Assembly (NCBI RefSeq): GCF_006345805.1
Contig: NC_043011.1
Coordinates: 50,666,464-50,730,463, forward strand
Direction of reading: 5' to 3'
Origin: Octopus sinensis
Taxonomy: Eukaryota
Length of the DNA stretch: 64,000 nucleotides
Shown here: positions 46,671 to 60,381 of the stretch, in pieces
Position numbering within the stretch: the first letter of the stretch is position 1
Layout: the number at the start of each line of letters is the position of its first letter
Notes under the pieces: generated by a model
Seen by the model: only the letters and a program-made list of their open reading frames with translations
What the model was told of the DNA's origin: nothing
Databases searched by the model: none
Position numbers and translations under genes: made by a program

Positions 46671-47421
46671 CCATGTATATGAATACACATACAGAAAAGG
46701 GGGAGCTGTAGATCAATGCTTGTGGTATCAATCAATCAATCAATCTATCTATTACTGTGTATATAGAACTGCTGTTATAATTCTATGAACACCTATGAGT
46801 GTATATACACAGTATAAACAAAAACAATAAAGAAACAATGTTAGGTTGTTATCACAGGATATTTTTGGTAGAAAATGTTAAAACTTCTCTCAGACTTAAT
46901 CTGACACACTTTCAGAAATTTTTCTCTTTTAATATCGATCCTGTGCATTAGTCCTGCTATGACAAATTATAATGTATCATAATTAATATAATTATATTAT
47001 AACAATATAGGGCGGAATTATATGTGTTGTGTAATTCTGGGTAAAGTTTAAGGTTTATTAAAGTCTTTATGTCGATGGCAGAGTTTCTAACGCCATAGAA
47101 ACTTCAGAAACTTTAAACTCCACCAATAAATACAAGTTTTTCCTACTCAAGCCCACCACCAGTTTCACTTGATTTTAGTATTTTGACCCATATATGTGTG
47201 TGTGCAAATATATGTATATGCATGTAAATATCCATCATTTTTTGGATTTAGTCAACGTTCTATATCGCTCTAAACCTAGTTTATGGAGCACTCTTGTGGA
47301 TTTCTGCGTTAAGATGTAGTTTAACGTTATATATATATATATATATATGTGAATTTTATTCAGGTGTTTTATATGAGTGTGTGTACAAATGTATACGTGT
47401 TTGCATAGATATACACACACG

Positions 47422-47461
<40 letters not shown>

Positions 47462-49317
47462 GTAACTCTTTTTCCCTAGGGACATGCTTATAAATAAAAT
47501 CTAATATCCAAACTCCCGAATTTTTTACATTTCGCTGCATAGGTATAAAGCCCCCACATATTTGTCATGACAGATAAAACGGGTCTTGTTTGGTCCTAAT
47601 ATATTGTTCATTATTTATAAGTCAAATTATTCACAGATCCCTGAGGTAGACTGGATTGACACAAAGTCGGACTCATTTTAATAATGATTTTTAATTTAGG
47701 CATAATGCCAGCATCTTTTTTTTTTTTCTATTAGGAAAGAGGATTAATCGATTCTATCTGGTACTTCGTTTTATCGACCCCGATGAAAAAAAGTTGAACT
47801 CAAGGGATTTGAGTGATTTTGTTAGCTCGCCACCTTTAATCCACATGAATGTTTCCTTTAACTGGATTTGAACTCTGGATTATTTCATGGGTGGAAGGGA
47901 GGGAGAAAAGACATAACGATATTTTTTTACTACGAGGGACAAATGAGTTATTGTGATGTTCATGCCTTTCCCAGAAGCTATTGCATTGTTTTACAGCGTT
48001 AGTATCATTACCTTGGCCTAGGACCTTCTAAGAAGGTAACGGGTATATAACTAAAAGTACAGACTGCAGTCAGTTACTGGTACCAATTTTATCGACCCGC
48101 GAGGAATGAATGAAATGCAAAAACCCGTTCATTTCTAAGACATCAGAACTAAGATTTATAGGGATGATGAAATGATTAAAGTTTATGCGTTATTCAATAG
48201 ACGTTGATTAACCCTAATCTAGTAGACCTGTGATCCTAGTAGACTGGTGAGGTACAGTCTCTGACAAGAAATTTAGGTTACGTCTCCTCCGGTCGAGGTT
48301 ACCGTCACCCTTACCTCCCATTAGTTATCGAGGCCCCCCCGAAATGGGTCACGGGTGCAGCCTTTCATCCCTCAATGAGTAATAAATATAAAAAGCATTC
48401 CAGTTGTGATCATCCCTTTCATCTCGAAGGGCTTTGTAAGACTGTGATTTAATGTCGTTTGCTTAAGACAATAAGGTTTCGCTCTTATTTTTAGCAGTAC
48501 GAGTGGCCACATGGCTCGCGTCTCGTATGTGAAGAGAAATAGTTTAGCTGTATTATTAACCAAGATCAAGCTAATCCTTGATTAAAGACATTTCAACTAT
48601 GACTATCACATCTTTTTAGGAGCATGTTGAGTACTACTTTACACTGCCTTTACGTAATTAGAGGGAGATTTGGCTGATATTTCTAGCAAGTCGAACGTCT
48701 TCATTCCTCACGTACACGAATTGTGTAACTCGGAGTAATGGTTAATGAAGTTTTCAGTTTATAATAAAGATGATAAAACCCGTACAGTATGTAAAGTATT
48801 ATTCATCCGTGTTCGCAAAATTCCTTGTGCAATTCTTTCAACATCTTGTTCATTACATCGTAAACTTATGAGCCAGTTTCAATCCCTAGGCTTTCGTCAA
48901 ACGAAACATTGCCACCACTTGACATGTCGGTGTATATATATATATATACACTCACGCAGAATGCCAGTAAGTCATTAGGATGTGCTATATCTCTTTCGTA
49001 ACTAAGTAGAAATTATTTCATTAACTCCCTCATTTCACGTCTCGGATGAGCAGCGTGACACTGATCGATAATCAAGAGAGGAGAATACATAAGGTAAAAT
49101 GGCTTGGATTTATTCCTTCCGCATGATTGATAATTATAAATAAGTATAGATGAAAACATATTTTTTAATGTTTCATATAATTGCAAGCGGAGAGACTAGG
49201 AAGGAGCAAGATGAAGTTGTTATCTCTGTTAAGCGGGGTGCCCCATGGCCAGTGGAGCACTTACCGGACGTTAAAAGATTTTTAGTTATTTAGTTTATAT
49301 TTAGTTTATTGTCAGTG

Positions 49318-49365
49318 TCAGCCAATCGGATTTGAACTGGCTTTCCCGCCCTACACAGTTTCAGT
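49318..49365 (+). promoter_or_regulatory. Candidate promoter motif cluster
   Basis: CAGCCAATCGG (NF-Y, 49322-26), TTTGAA (CHR-like, 49331-36), TTTCCCGC (E2F, 49342-49) overlapping CCCGCCC, then TTCAGT. Confidence 0.4.
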
Positions 49366-49451
49366 GCAGACGGTGGAGGCCTCTGCTTTGCTGCGGCTCA
49401 CTGTGGTTTTTCTCTCTTTAAAGAGTATATACATACACATATATATATACC

Positions 49452-49499
49452 ATGGTCGGAGGAGGAAGCCAGTATAAATACAATATAGAGCCAACTCAA
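49452..49499 (+). other. Candidate first coding exon MVGGGSQYKYNIEPTQ
   Basis: ACCATGG Kozak context, 16 open codons, then CAA|GTGAGT; no homologue recognised and no downstream exon identified. Confidence 0.3.
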
Positions 49500-51353
49500 G
49501 TGAGTAATCATATATACACATATACATGCATACGTATATATATATGTAATACATGCAAACATGTATGTTTATACAGATGATATGTAGATATATGTCTATA
49601 GTCTTAACCTTATGTCGCTACTTTTTAATCACCATCATAGACACACAGACATGTTCATGCGCGTCATATTCACATCATTACTGATGTAAATTATTAAATC
49701 TTTTTATTTTACAGCTTGTTATTAAATTACATATTTCTTGAAAATTAATTCAATTTTTAAAGTGATCGCTGTAATATCTATTAGATGGGTGTACACAGCA
49801 TATACTTATTTTAAATATATTTTATATATTAAATATACATCTAAATTTTTAATATTTCTTGCCAATATAATCAGCAGGTTTCACAATTATCTCCCCTTAG
49901 TCTTTGTTGCCATCGCTCCCTCCCCTTTCCACTCTTTATCTCCTACCATGTCTATATCACATCACTTTTCTTCCCCCTCTGTATGTAATCCCTTTAACCC
50001 TCCTCTTACTTAATCTAATCTTATCTTTCTTCACATATTTCTTTTCGACCTCTTCGCATTCCTCCCACTTTAATTAACAGTTTCTATCTTTCTAATTGCT
50101 CCCCACTTCTAAAACTATCCTCCCAATTTTCCCTCTTTTTAATTCCCTCGTCTTTATTTCTCTCTTGCAACTTAATTTTATTAATGCCTCTTATGTACTC
50201 TCTATTCAGTTTACTATTTTTTGAAACTTTCTTTTGATTTTCAAATCATATCTTTCCAATTTTTTAAAATCAATACTTAGCACTTTTTTATATGAAGAAC
50301 ATAAAACTGATTTTCGTTTCGTTTCCCAAGCACAGCGTTTTTTATTTTATACGTGCCCTCATGTTTACACAATTCACGCTGTCGGTATATATTACATTAT
50401 ATTTTTGTAGTAAATGCGTGACATTTTTAGTTATATATTTGATTTATTTCCTGTAGATGTATTAAATATTTCTCTTATTTTTTTTGGTATTGAATATCGG
50501 TTAGAATAAGGACATGGTAAAACGTGGCCCTAGTTAGTGTAAACGAAACGAAGAGCTATTTTTACCCCCCCCTCTTCTCCGCTTTCACTATTCATTTCAT
50601 TTAAATTCTTTACTTTTCACTCCCTCTCCTCACATTCGCTCATTTCTTTGAGTTAGTTCTTTTCTCTCTCGTCTAACTTCATTAAAAAATTTAAAATCCC
50701 AGTTTATTAAAAATTCTTTTATCCACTCTTTATCAAATCCATTCAATAGCTTTCCAGATCCTACGAAACTGCTGTCATGGCGATGCCGGCACACCGAGGC
50801 CGACATTTGGAAAGCAGAGGAAACGAACAGCTTTTATTTTCTTGTTTTGAAAATCGACCACCTCGGTGTTTGTTTTTGTATTTTAACCGCGTAAATTTAA
50901 AATAACAACAAACCTATGTCCTGAAACTAGAATGTTGAAAAAAGACTAAGCTAATCGATTATTAACAGATATAAAAGATTTCATTTCAAATCAACACTTT
51001 ATTTGTAGAATTTATTTGTTAATAATAATAAGTTAAAGTTTAAATCTTTAAAAAAGTTTGATTTTTTTTTAAAATTTAAATTCTCAATTTCCCGTTTTGT
51101 ATTTATTGACTGACATAAGTTTTCAATTTTTCACAGTTAAAACCACCAAATGTCCGTTCTCTTTCTCTCTGATCGCTCGCTTGAAGTGAATCAAAGCAAT
51201 GCAAACCAACCAGCCTGTCAGCTTTCAGCCCAACCGACAAAAACATGGTCGCCATGTCTGAATTACTGTAGTTTGTATGTTTGCTTCTCCAATGGAGGAA
51301 GGAAATGTGGTAGCCGCCATATTCTTTGCTTAAACTCACCTCTCACTACAATC

Positions 51354-51673
51354 TTCATTTGCTTTTCCCTCTACTTCCCCCTCTCTTCATTTGCTTTTCC
51401 CTCTACTTCACCCTCTCTTCATTTGCTTTTCCCTCTATTTCACCCTCCCTTCATTTGCTTTTCCCTCTATTTCACCCTCATTTCATTTGCTTTTCCCTCT
51501 ATTTCACCCTCCCTTCATCTGCTTTTCCCTCTATTTCACCCTCTCTTCATTTGCCTTTCCCTCTATTTCACCCTCTCTTCATTTGCTTTTCCCTCTATTT
51601 CACCCTCTCTTCATTTGCTTTTCCCTCTATTTCACCCTCTCTTCATTTGCTTTTCCCTCTATTTCACCCTCCC
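51354..51673. repeat. 32-bp polypyrimidine minisatellite, 10 copies
   Basis: Unit CTTCATTTGCTTTTCCCTCTATTTCACCCTCT; explains ORFs 51150-51849. Confidence 0.95.
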
Positions 51674-52473
51674 TCTCTCTCTCGCTCATTTACTTGTCTT
51701 TCATTCTAACGTTTACCCTTCCTCCTCACACCCTCTCTAATTTGCTTCTCTCTCTCTGTTGTTATTACATATACTCTTCCTGCTACTCCGTCTGCGCTAT
51801 TACTTCTTTTCTCTCGTTACTTCTTACCCCTCCTACTCTCATTCATTAGCTTATTTCTTCTACTCTCCTTTCTTACCCCCCCGCTTAATAATCGTTTTCT
51901 TTCTGTTTTGTCTTTCCTCCTCTTTTTTTCTTCAACTTTTATACCCTCCCCCCACCTTTTCTTTTACTCATTCCTCGTTTACCCTTTCTATATTTCTCCT
52001 CCCCTTACTCTCTTAATCCCTCTATTTGTGTCCTCTCTTTCTCTCTTCAACCAACATGGCTACTGATTACTCTCTCTCTTTCTCCCACCTCTCTCTCTTT
52101 GTAGTACAAAGGAATTGAGCGACAATGCTTCTTTTCAAAGGGCAAAATTAGAAAAGGAAAAAAAAAAAAAATGTAGCATTGTATTAAATTGTAGACTCAC
52201 TAGTTTTTATGGGAGAAAGAATAACAACGACAATAATAATCATGATCATTAACTATCTTAGCGTTAAGATGGAACGGGGTCTAGCTAGGTTTGTCTTGAA
52301 ATTGTTTAACCCCAAGTCAGTTCTGATGGAGCTGACCGTATGATCAAAGGAGCAAAAGTATTCCAGACTTGCTATCTCAATGTGTCCTTCCACGTTTTAA
52401 AGACACTATGGTTTTTATGGAGTGGGAGAGATTTGGTTCCTATTTCTAGCGGTTCTAAACTGATCACTTTGAG

Positions 52474-52623
52474 CAGGCATGGACAACCACTTTTGAGAAG
52501 CGGGTCTCCATGAGACAGTTTCATATTCTGGCGGGCCACACACTACTGAAAAATTCAAGGTAATTTTTCGGTAGGCGTACCACTCAGAAAGACACTCGGG
52601 CCGCAGGTTGACCATCATGAGTG
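52474..52623. mobile_element. hAT-type MITE
   Basis: CAGGCATGGACAACC...GGGCCGCAGGTTGACCAT; 8-bp TSD ACTTTGAG / ACTTAGAG; related fragment at ~45534-45605. Confidence 0.65.
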
Positions 52624-52916
52624 ACTTAGAGGTTACTAAGTTGATGGAAAGTTGCGAAGTTTACGACCACCCCACCCTCTCTTTATGTCTTTAAATGTTT
52701 CTATGGAAAAAGATAATTTCCTCATATAATGACAGCAAAGATCAACTACCTATTCGAGTTTTAACTATATTAAATTGAGTGTTATCTAGTCTTCTCCCCT
52801 CCTCTCTAATTAGTTTATGTTAACAATTTAATTGTAATTGCTCCACTACTTCTGATTCGCATTTTTTGATATTTAGTTGTATCAACTATATTTTTTTCGT
52901 TGACTTAGTTCTATTT

Positions 52917-52976
<60 letters not shown>

Positions 52977-55974
52977 AATAAAGGACTGAACACGAAAAAG
53001 TGGACAGTCAACATGCTAGATATAGACGTCAAATCGCCATTCTCCACAAAAGATTATGTTCTCAGATCAAACTCAACACCAACCAATTAATTTTAATTAA
53101 TTATATATATATATATATATATATTATAAAGGAAATTGGGCGGCCATCAATAAATTTGGTAGTAATATCTGTGCCAAAATTTGAAACTAATATTTCGAAT
53201 CTACATTTGTGTGTGTTTACACAAACATATTTGCGTATATATACATACATATGTATCTATACAGATATATGTATGGGTATATGCATTTATCTTATATATG
53301 TGTGTGTGTATACATACGTATATATTGTCCACAAATGTAGTGTGTGTGTGTGACTAACTTTTACTTTCTATTTAATGATTATATATCTTAAAGAAACATT
53401 AAAAGTTTGTATATCATTACAACCATCGTGTCACCACCGAAAAACGGGTGTCAAATCCACAATAGATTTTTTTTTTTAATCTAGTAACAAACATCCATCC
53501 ATCCAAACATTTCATTTTGGTCGTATGAAGGTAGCAGTCAAATGTTTGTTTCTTTTTTCTCTCTATCGTAATATAGACATTGTAATTGAGAGGAGCCACC
53601 CGTTTTGAAACCAACTGATTAAAAGTCTAAAAAGAAACCTACACACAGCAGGTGATTGTCTTGGCTGTTAACGTTGCGATCCATTTGAACCATAGTGTTC
53701 GGATGTGTTTGTCTAAACACGTGTATGTACTTAAGTAAATGTATGTATTTATGCATGCATACATGTGTGTAGAGGATGCATATGCATTGTGTGTATATGA
53801 TGGACGTGTGTTCATGTATAAAGTATATATTTTGTGGAATATCTAAGGACATGTATGATTATATATGTATGTATACAGTGTATAGTCTTTACACTATATA
53901 TGCGCATACATACAGTGTATATTACCCAAGACCTCCGCCATCCACACTATCCACTATCTATAAGAATCGCTGTTTTTATAATTACTTTATTTATAGTACA
54001 AATGTTTTCATATTTATTGCACCGTCTGGGACTTTTCGGTCTCACTTCAGAATTTATCTACCACACTCACGTGTTTTTCCTGTCACTTATTCACTCAACT
54101 CCTACTCACATAAATCTCACACACAACCACAATCAACTACCGCATTCACTCACACTCATTTAGCTATCAATCTACCACACTCGCACAGACGTCTATCTAT
54201 CTATCTACCACACTCATATCTCTTATGTCATTCAGTCAGTCATTTAAATCATTCACTCACCAATGTTTACTCATAATCTCTCTCTCCCGCCATTTGATGC
54301 TCAACATTTCCCTTTTATCAATTCTCCCACGAAGCACCGCCTTTACCACAGCATTTTAAAGATCGATAGACAAACAAAAAAAAACAACAAACTTCCAGAT
54401 TTCTTATTGCAAGTATTATTATTATTATTGTTATTAGACTTTTGTTTCTTAATTTTACCCCAACAAAAACTTTCATTCATCATTCACTAATTTTGTTGGC
54501 TGATGGCAAGAAGGTTCACCTTCTATATTTTCCTACCACACTATAGCATGTTTGTGGAAGTGTATAGAGGAACACAGATTTAAATGGTAAACACATATTT
54601 TTATGTTTTCATTGTGGTGGAGTTTTAATTCTTCCACCATATGAGTGTGTGTGTAATTTAACTACATACTGTGTGTATATTTTTGTTTGTTGTGATTTAT
54701 TGAATCGCTTGTACACACACACACACATCTTTGCTTTTAGAAGTGTGAACAATATAACGTACAATATGCATACGTTAAACCTGAAAGGGCGTGGAATCCG
54801 GATTTATATATATGTGTATATATACATACACTCACACATACAGTGTGTACGTATATGTATGTGCATATATGTGTGTACTTTTCTCTTCATCCATTCCCTT
54901 CCCTGTCAATTATTCCTAAAGGCCATCTTTATCATCTTCACCTACACAAAGTTGTCTATTTAAGATAAGTGAATTATATATAACAACAGCGAAGTGCTTT
55001 TTTTCTGTCATTGGTATGGTATGGCATGGATGGAAGTTTGAGGTCAGAGCTCCCTTTTTTGCAAAAAAAAAATATATATACATTCACATATATTGCTGTT
55101 TAATCCCAACTAAGCCTTATGATCGCTGCATTTCAAATCATAAGCTTATTTTTTTTCGGGTACACTGTTCCTAGACAACTCTAATCCAATGTTCGTTCCT
55201 TTTGCTAAGAAGGCCATATGTAATTTGAGGGCAATTTAATGGTTATTTCCTGCAAATTGAGGATCCTTCCTTCCTTGATAGCTCATTTATGCACACAAAC
55301 ACACATATTGCATAAATATCATATTGTAGTTCTTTTGTGTCAACCTCATGGTTGTGGTCAGGCTTGGATAGATACAGAGATAATCTCGTTAAAGACCTTG
55401 TCTATTTTTAAAACAAACTCTCCACTCCATTCTGATATCTCGAGTCAACGAGAAAGCCTCTATGTGGTTGTTTCATATCCTAGAAATAGCTCCTGTTCTC
55501 CTAGAATAATAGCATCTCATTGTTTCTAAAAAACACAAATTAATAAAACAACAGTGCATTATGAGGCAGTGTAATCCTGGATACAGGAAAAGACACGGTG
55601 GTCTGGATTGGAATACTTTTGATCGTTGTTTTGTTAGATCCAACTGACCCAGGGTTAAACAATAACTCTAATCTGTGTTTCTTCCACCGGTTTTTCATTC
55701 AAATTTCTCTTCTCAACACGTGTGGACCACCTTTTTGTTGTTGATGTTCTTCCATCGGTTTTATTTTCAATGTGTGGGTAGGTTTAAGTTTAAAATATTT
55801 TTAAAGGAAAATCAAACATTTTTTATTTGTGCTGTTGTTATGCCTGGATTGTGATAGATTTTATTTCGTTTATTAATATTTTTTTCTCCCTCCATTCATA
55901 TCAAACATTGTTATTCTGAATATTTTATTGATATAACAATAGAAATGGTGAATGTGTGTGTGTGTATATATATA

Positions 55975-56038
55975 TATGTATATATATATATATACACACA
56001 CACACATCTGTTCATGCTTGATTTAAATTGTATATATA

Positions 56039-56081
<43 letters not shown>

Positions 56082-56167
56082 TATATATATATATATATAC
56101 ATACATACACACACACACATCTGTTCATGCTTGATTTAAATTGTATATATATATATGTATATATATG

Positions 56168-56205
<38 letters not shown>

Positions 56206-56226
56206 TCTGTTCATGCTTGATTTAAA
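55975..56226. repeat. Three tandem units CACACATCTGTTCATGCTTGATTTAAATTG separated by variable (TA)n
   Basis: Direct reading. Confidence 0.9.
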
Positions 56227-56805
56227 TTGAAGGATTACTTTCTGTAGACTGCATATTCTTTTGTGAGGATAGTGTTGACAGTGACTTAGAGAAGTTCCGA
56301 CTGTTTTTCGACCTTCATCGGACTTGTATATCATCATCATCATCATCTATATGTATACACACACATACATATCTTATATGTGGCGGGTTTTTTTTTTTTA
56401 AGTATAAAACCAAATAATATAAACAAGGACAAAAGAACTCAATACATGTAGTTGAGATCGACTTGAATGTTTTTATTACAAGTTGAGCAAAAATTTTGAA
56501 GTTTTGGCCGTAAAGTGGCTTTAATGAAGAAGTTTTCTGAGTTTAATTATGAGTTAACGGCAAGCATTTTCTTGAAATGTTATTAGATATCTCTTATCAC
56601 ACGCACATGTAGTGTTGGCATTAACAATCGGTGTTTATATACGCATATACGCATACAGGAAACTGATCAATCATGAAAGAATTTTATCTACTGTTCCCCT
56701 CTATAAAAAAATGTGTGTGCATATTCCATGTAGTGTTTTATACGTGCATTGCATTTATGTAAGCGTGTCTATAAATATTCCATATAGTGTTTTATACATG
56801 TCTTA

Positions 56806-56850
<45 letters not shown>

Positions 56851-57583
56851 TATGTATGTGTGTGCTTGTATATATGTAAAATATTTCATATACATAATGA
56901 AGGTAGTTTGTGTGTAAAATTAATATACACAGACGTACTTGTATATATACATATGGAATATTATTTTAATTCTTTGGATCTTGTCTTAAAATCTCCAACG
57001 CTGAGCCTCTGTTTATGTTTTTTTTACATGTTTAAACTTAGAGGAGCTGAAACGGCGAGCCGGTTTCGATTTCAAGCCGTAAGCATTTTTACCTCACCAC
57101 AGGCACTACTCTGAGAATGTCAATGAGAAGGGCATGAACACCACCACGCAGCACTGTCCATTATCCACCGTCGCCATCGCTCTCCAGGAATCTACCTCCA
57201 TATCGATAAATCAATACATGCTACTAATGTCTAGTAAAATTCCTTGTGGCCATATATTTGAGTGCTTCACCTTTTTTCCTAAAGTTCGGGCTCTCAAAGC
57301 CCCGAGGGTCGATACAGGGGTGGTGGTGAGTCAGCTAATCGATTATTCTTTCCTCGTAATCTCTTTCCCTTCTTTTCTACTTCTCAACATTCCCTATTTG
57401 GAGTAAAGAGGGAAGAGTTATTATCGATTATCGTCTCACTTCTTTCTTTCTTTCTTTCGGTTCTCATGGAAAATTATAGCTCATCCGACACGTTCCTATT
57501 CCACAAGATTAGACTGGCGCTTGCGTGTGCTGCGGTGTATTTGTATACGTGTGTCTATAATGTATATAATGTGTATGTATGTA

Positions 57584-57620
<37 letters not shown>

Positions 57621-58507
57621 TAACAGAGATAAGCATAGATGGTAGGAAGATGGAAAGATAAGCACGTCCATATGTATGTATATGGACGTGAGCTAAACCA
57701 GATAGCTACTCTAGCAGAGATCGATGGATTAACAAACTGGCAGTTATACATTTGTTTGCATGCATATATATATATATTATATATATATGTGCAATCAATA
57801 TAGTTAGATATAACATATTATGCTGAAAATTTTTAATGTTACTACAGGATTGAAAAAGATTAAAAACCAATAGAATTTGTCGCGTGAGCAGAAAGCTACA
57901 TATATATACACACTAATATAACAAGCAAATGATTTACTTGTGAACTAATAGACTGCTATTACAGTCAGATTGTCATGCAACCCTCTTCAGCAGATCAATA
58001 CATTGATACTGATCAAATGAACCGCTACTTGGGTGTTTCATAAGATTATTTTTGACTGAATAAAATTTGAGTCGACTAAGCTTGAAGGGGGACTTTGTTA
58101 CACAGGAATAAGTTTCTTTGTATAGATACACACACGCATATTGAAACTTTGAATAGTTGGAATTTGGCTGCTATTTCTAGCAGATCGTTGACACGTACAT
58201 GTATGTGTTATGGTTACTAATGACTGGAGTTGGTATTGTTATTAATTAATAATTAGCGATTGCTTTTTTTTTTGTTAACTATTACACACACACACACACA
58301 CAGCCTTAATAACAAAGCACTTCACACGTGTTTTTCAACCGTTCAGGGGCGAAAACTATGTCGTTTATTCATTTTTATTTCAAATCAACACTGCAAACAT
58401 CAACACTTTTTCAGGTTTTATATACCTTCAGATTTTGTGCGTGTTTGTCTTTATATATTTTATATATGCACTGAAGAAGCCTAGTTTCTGATATATATAT
58501 ATATATA

Positions 58508-58622
58508 TTATAGAAGGAGCTTCTACAGGACTAGAACTGTTTCATTCAAATGAAATCAAGAAGCTTCCTGATGATTTCATTTGAATGAAACAGTTCTAGT
58601 CCTGTAGAAGCTCCTTCTATAA
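58508..58622. repeat. Perfect inverted repeat, 51-bp arms and 13-nt spacer, containing a hammerhead-like core
   Basis: 58508-58558 is the exact reverse complement of 58572-58622; CTGATGA 58568-74, GAAAC 58587-91, GTC 58599-601; (TA)n on the left and again at 58697. Confidence 0.9.
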
Positions 58623-59317
58623 AATAAATTAATTTACTCTGCTATGTATTGAGTACCTTATTTACTGTGGTTAACCCCGACTCAACCCGGGACCTACATA
58701 TATATATATATCTGTGTGTGTGTATTCAGATGTAATGCATGACTTCAGTTGGTCTAACTGCATGATCAATTAAATATACACACTCAAAACACTTCATTTT
58801 TCGGTTTTCCTTATTGTTTTTTTGCAAGATTCTTGATATGAAATTGAAGGCTAAAAACTTGTCTTGGTAGGATCACTTTGCCAATAAAAACACACGCACT
58901 GGATCTCTTTATTATTTAGTCAACTAGGTAACTAATTAACCATTTTAATCGATTATCGGTTGCTTTCATATACATATATATATATATGCAAATTACATTG
59001 CGGAGGACAATCTTACGAAAATCTTTTGTCACCTCAGAGGGAATAAATAAGAGGCGAATATAATTGCTTTTGTGTATTTTTAGATACCTAGAACAGGTCT
59101 CCCACCATGTAGTTGCATCGGTTTTAAAATATACCGCCTCGGATCAGGTCATTTGCAGAGAAGTACGTATGTGTGTGTATTTACTGCATATATACATATG
59201 TATTTATATACGTGTGTGTGTACTCGGTAGAAATTGTAAAGTAACTCGAGAGCCGAGAGTTTTAAGTGCCATAAGCGAAACTCTCGACCCTTGAGTCACT
59301 TTGTCACTTTTGCCGAT

Positions 59318-59344
<27 letters not shown>

Positions 59345-59353
<9 letters not shown>

Positions 59354-59960
59354 CATATACACTCGTTCGTTCTACCAAACCGATGTCTATATATGTATGT
59401 ATGCGTGTGTATTATATATATATTATATATACACGTATATAGGTTTGGTAGCATGAACAGTATATATATATATATATATATATACATACATACACGCACA
59501 CAGATATGCTAGTGTGATTTGAATGGTCCTGGCTTAAGATTCCATGTATATATATATATATATATATATACATACACGTATATAGGTTTGGTAGCATGAA
59601 CAGGATATTATATATATATATATACATACATATACACTCGTTCGTTCTACCAAACCGATGTCTATATATGTATGTATGCGTGTGTATTATATATATATTA
59701 TATATACACGTATATAGGTTTGGTAGCATGAACAGTATATATATATATATATATATATACATACATACACGCACACAGATATGCTAGTGTGATTTGAATG
59801 GTCCTGGCTTAAGATTCCATGTATATAATATATATATATATATACATACACGTATATAGGTTTGGTAGCATGAACAGGATATATATATATATATATACAT
59901 ACATACACGCACAGAGATATGCTAGTGTGATTTGAATGGTCCTAGCTTAAGATTCCATGT
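59345..59960. repeat. Nested tandem duplication, ~275-bp superunit built from ~130-bp subunits and microsatellites
   Basis: CACTCGTTCGTTCTACCAAACCGATG x2, ATAGGTTTGGTAGCATGAACAG x4, GCTAGTGTGATTTGAATGGTCC x3. Confidence 0.9.
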
Positions 59961-60348
59961 ATATATATATATATATATATATAAATAAAATGTGCATGTT
60001 TACCACCTTTTGTTATCGTTGTTCTTATGAGGAAGGCTAAACTATATTTGTCGATAATTCATTTGTAAAGTCGATCAAATAATCATATTGTATATTTTTC
60101 TACCAAGATTGATTTGTAATTAAAGGAGTTGGTGGGGATTGTCTTACTTGGAAGGGCCCATTGCTGCTGCTAAGAAGAAGAAATATATGTACTAATATAA
60201 CAGAAATAAGATACATATAAAAGACAAAAAAAAATGCAGTTACACTCCCGCCTTTTTAGACACCCTTTACTTACTACTGTCAGAATGTGGAGTGGTGATG
60301 GTGATAATGGCCGTTTATATATTGTGTGTGTGTAGGTGTATATATATA

Positions 60349-60381
<33 letters not shown>

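Noticed and set aside
51150-52016. Long hydrophobic ORFs (196, 127 and 152 aa) resembling membrane proteins
   Set aside because: All three frames are open only because the 32-bp polypyrimidine repeat lacks stop codons
57663-57690. Perfect 11-bp hairpin CACGTCCATAT/ATATGGACGTG
   Set aside because: Too short for a pre-miRNA, and no matching Helitron or MITE ends
42396-60000. Many ORFs rich in YIYI, CVCV or THTH
   Set aside because: Translations of (TA)n, (TG)n and (CA)n microsatellites; the same applies to 1027-1296, 13789-14187 and 16629-16925
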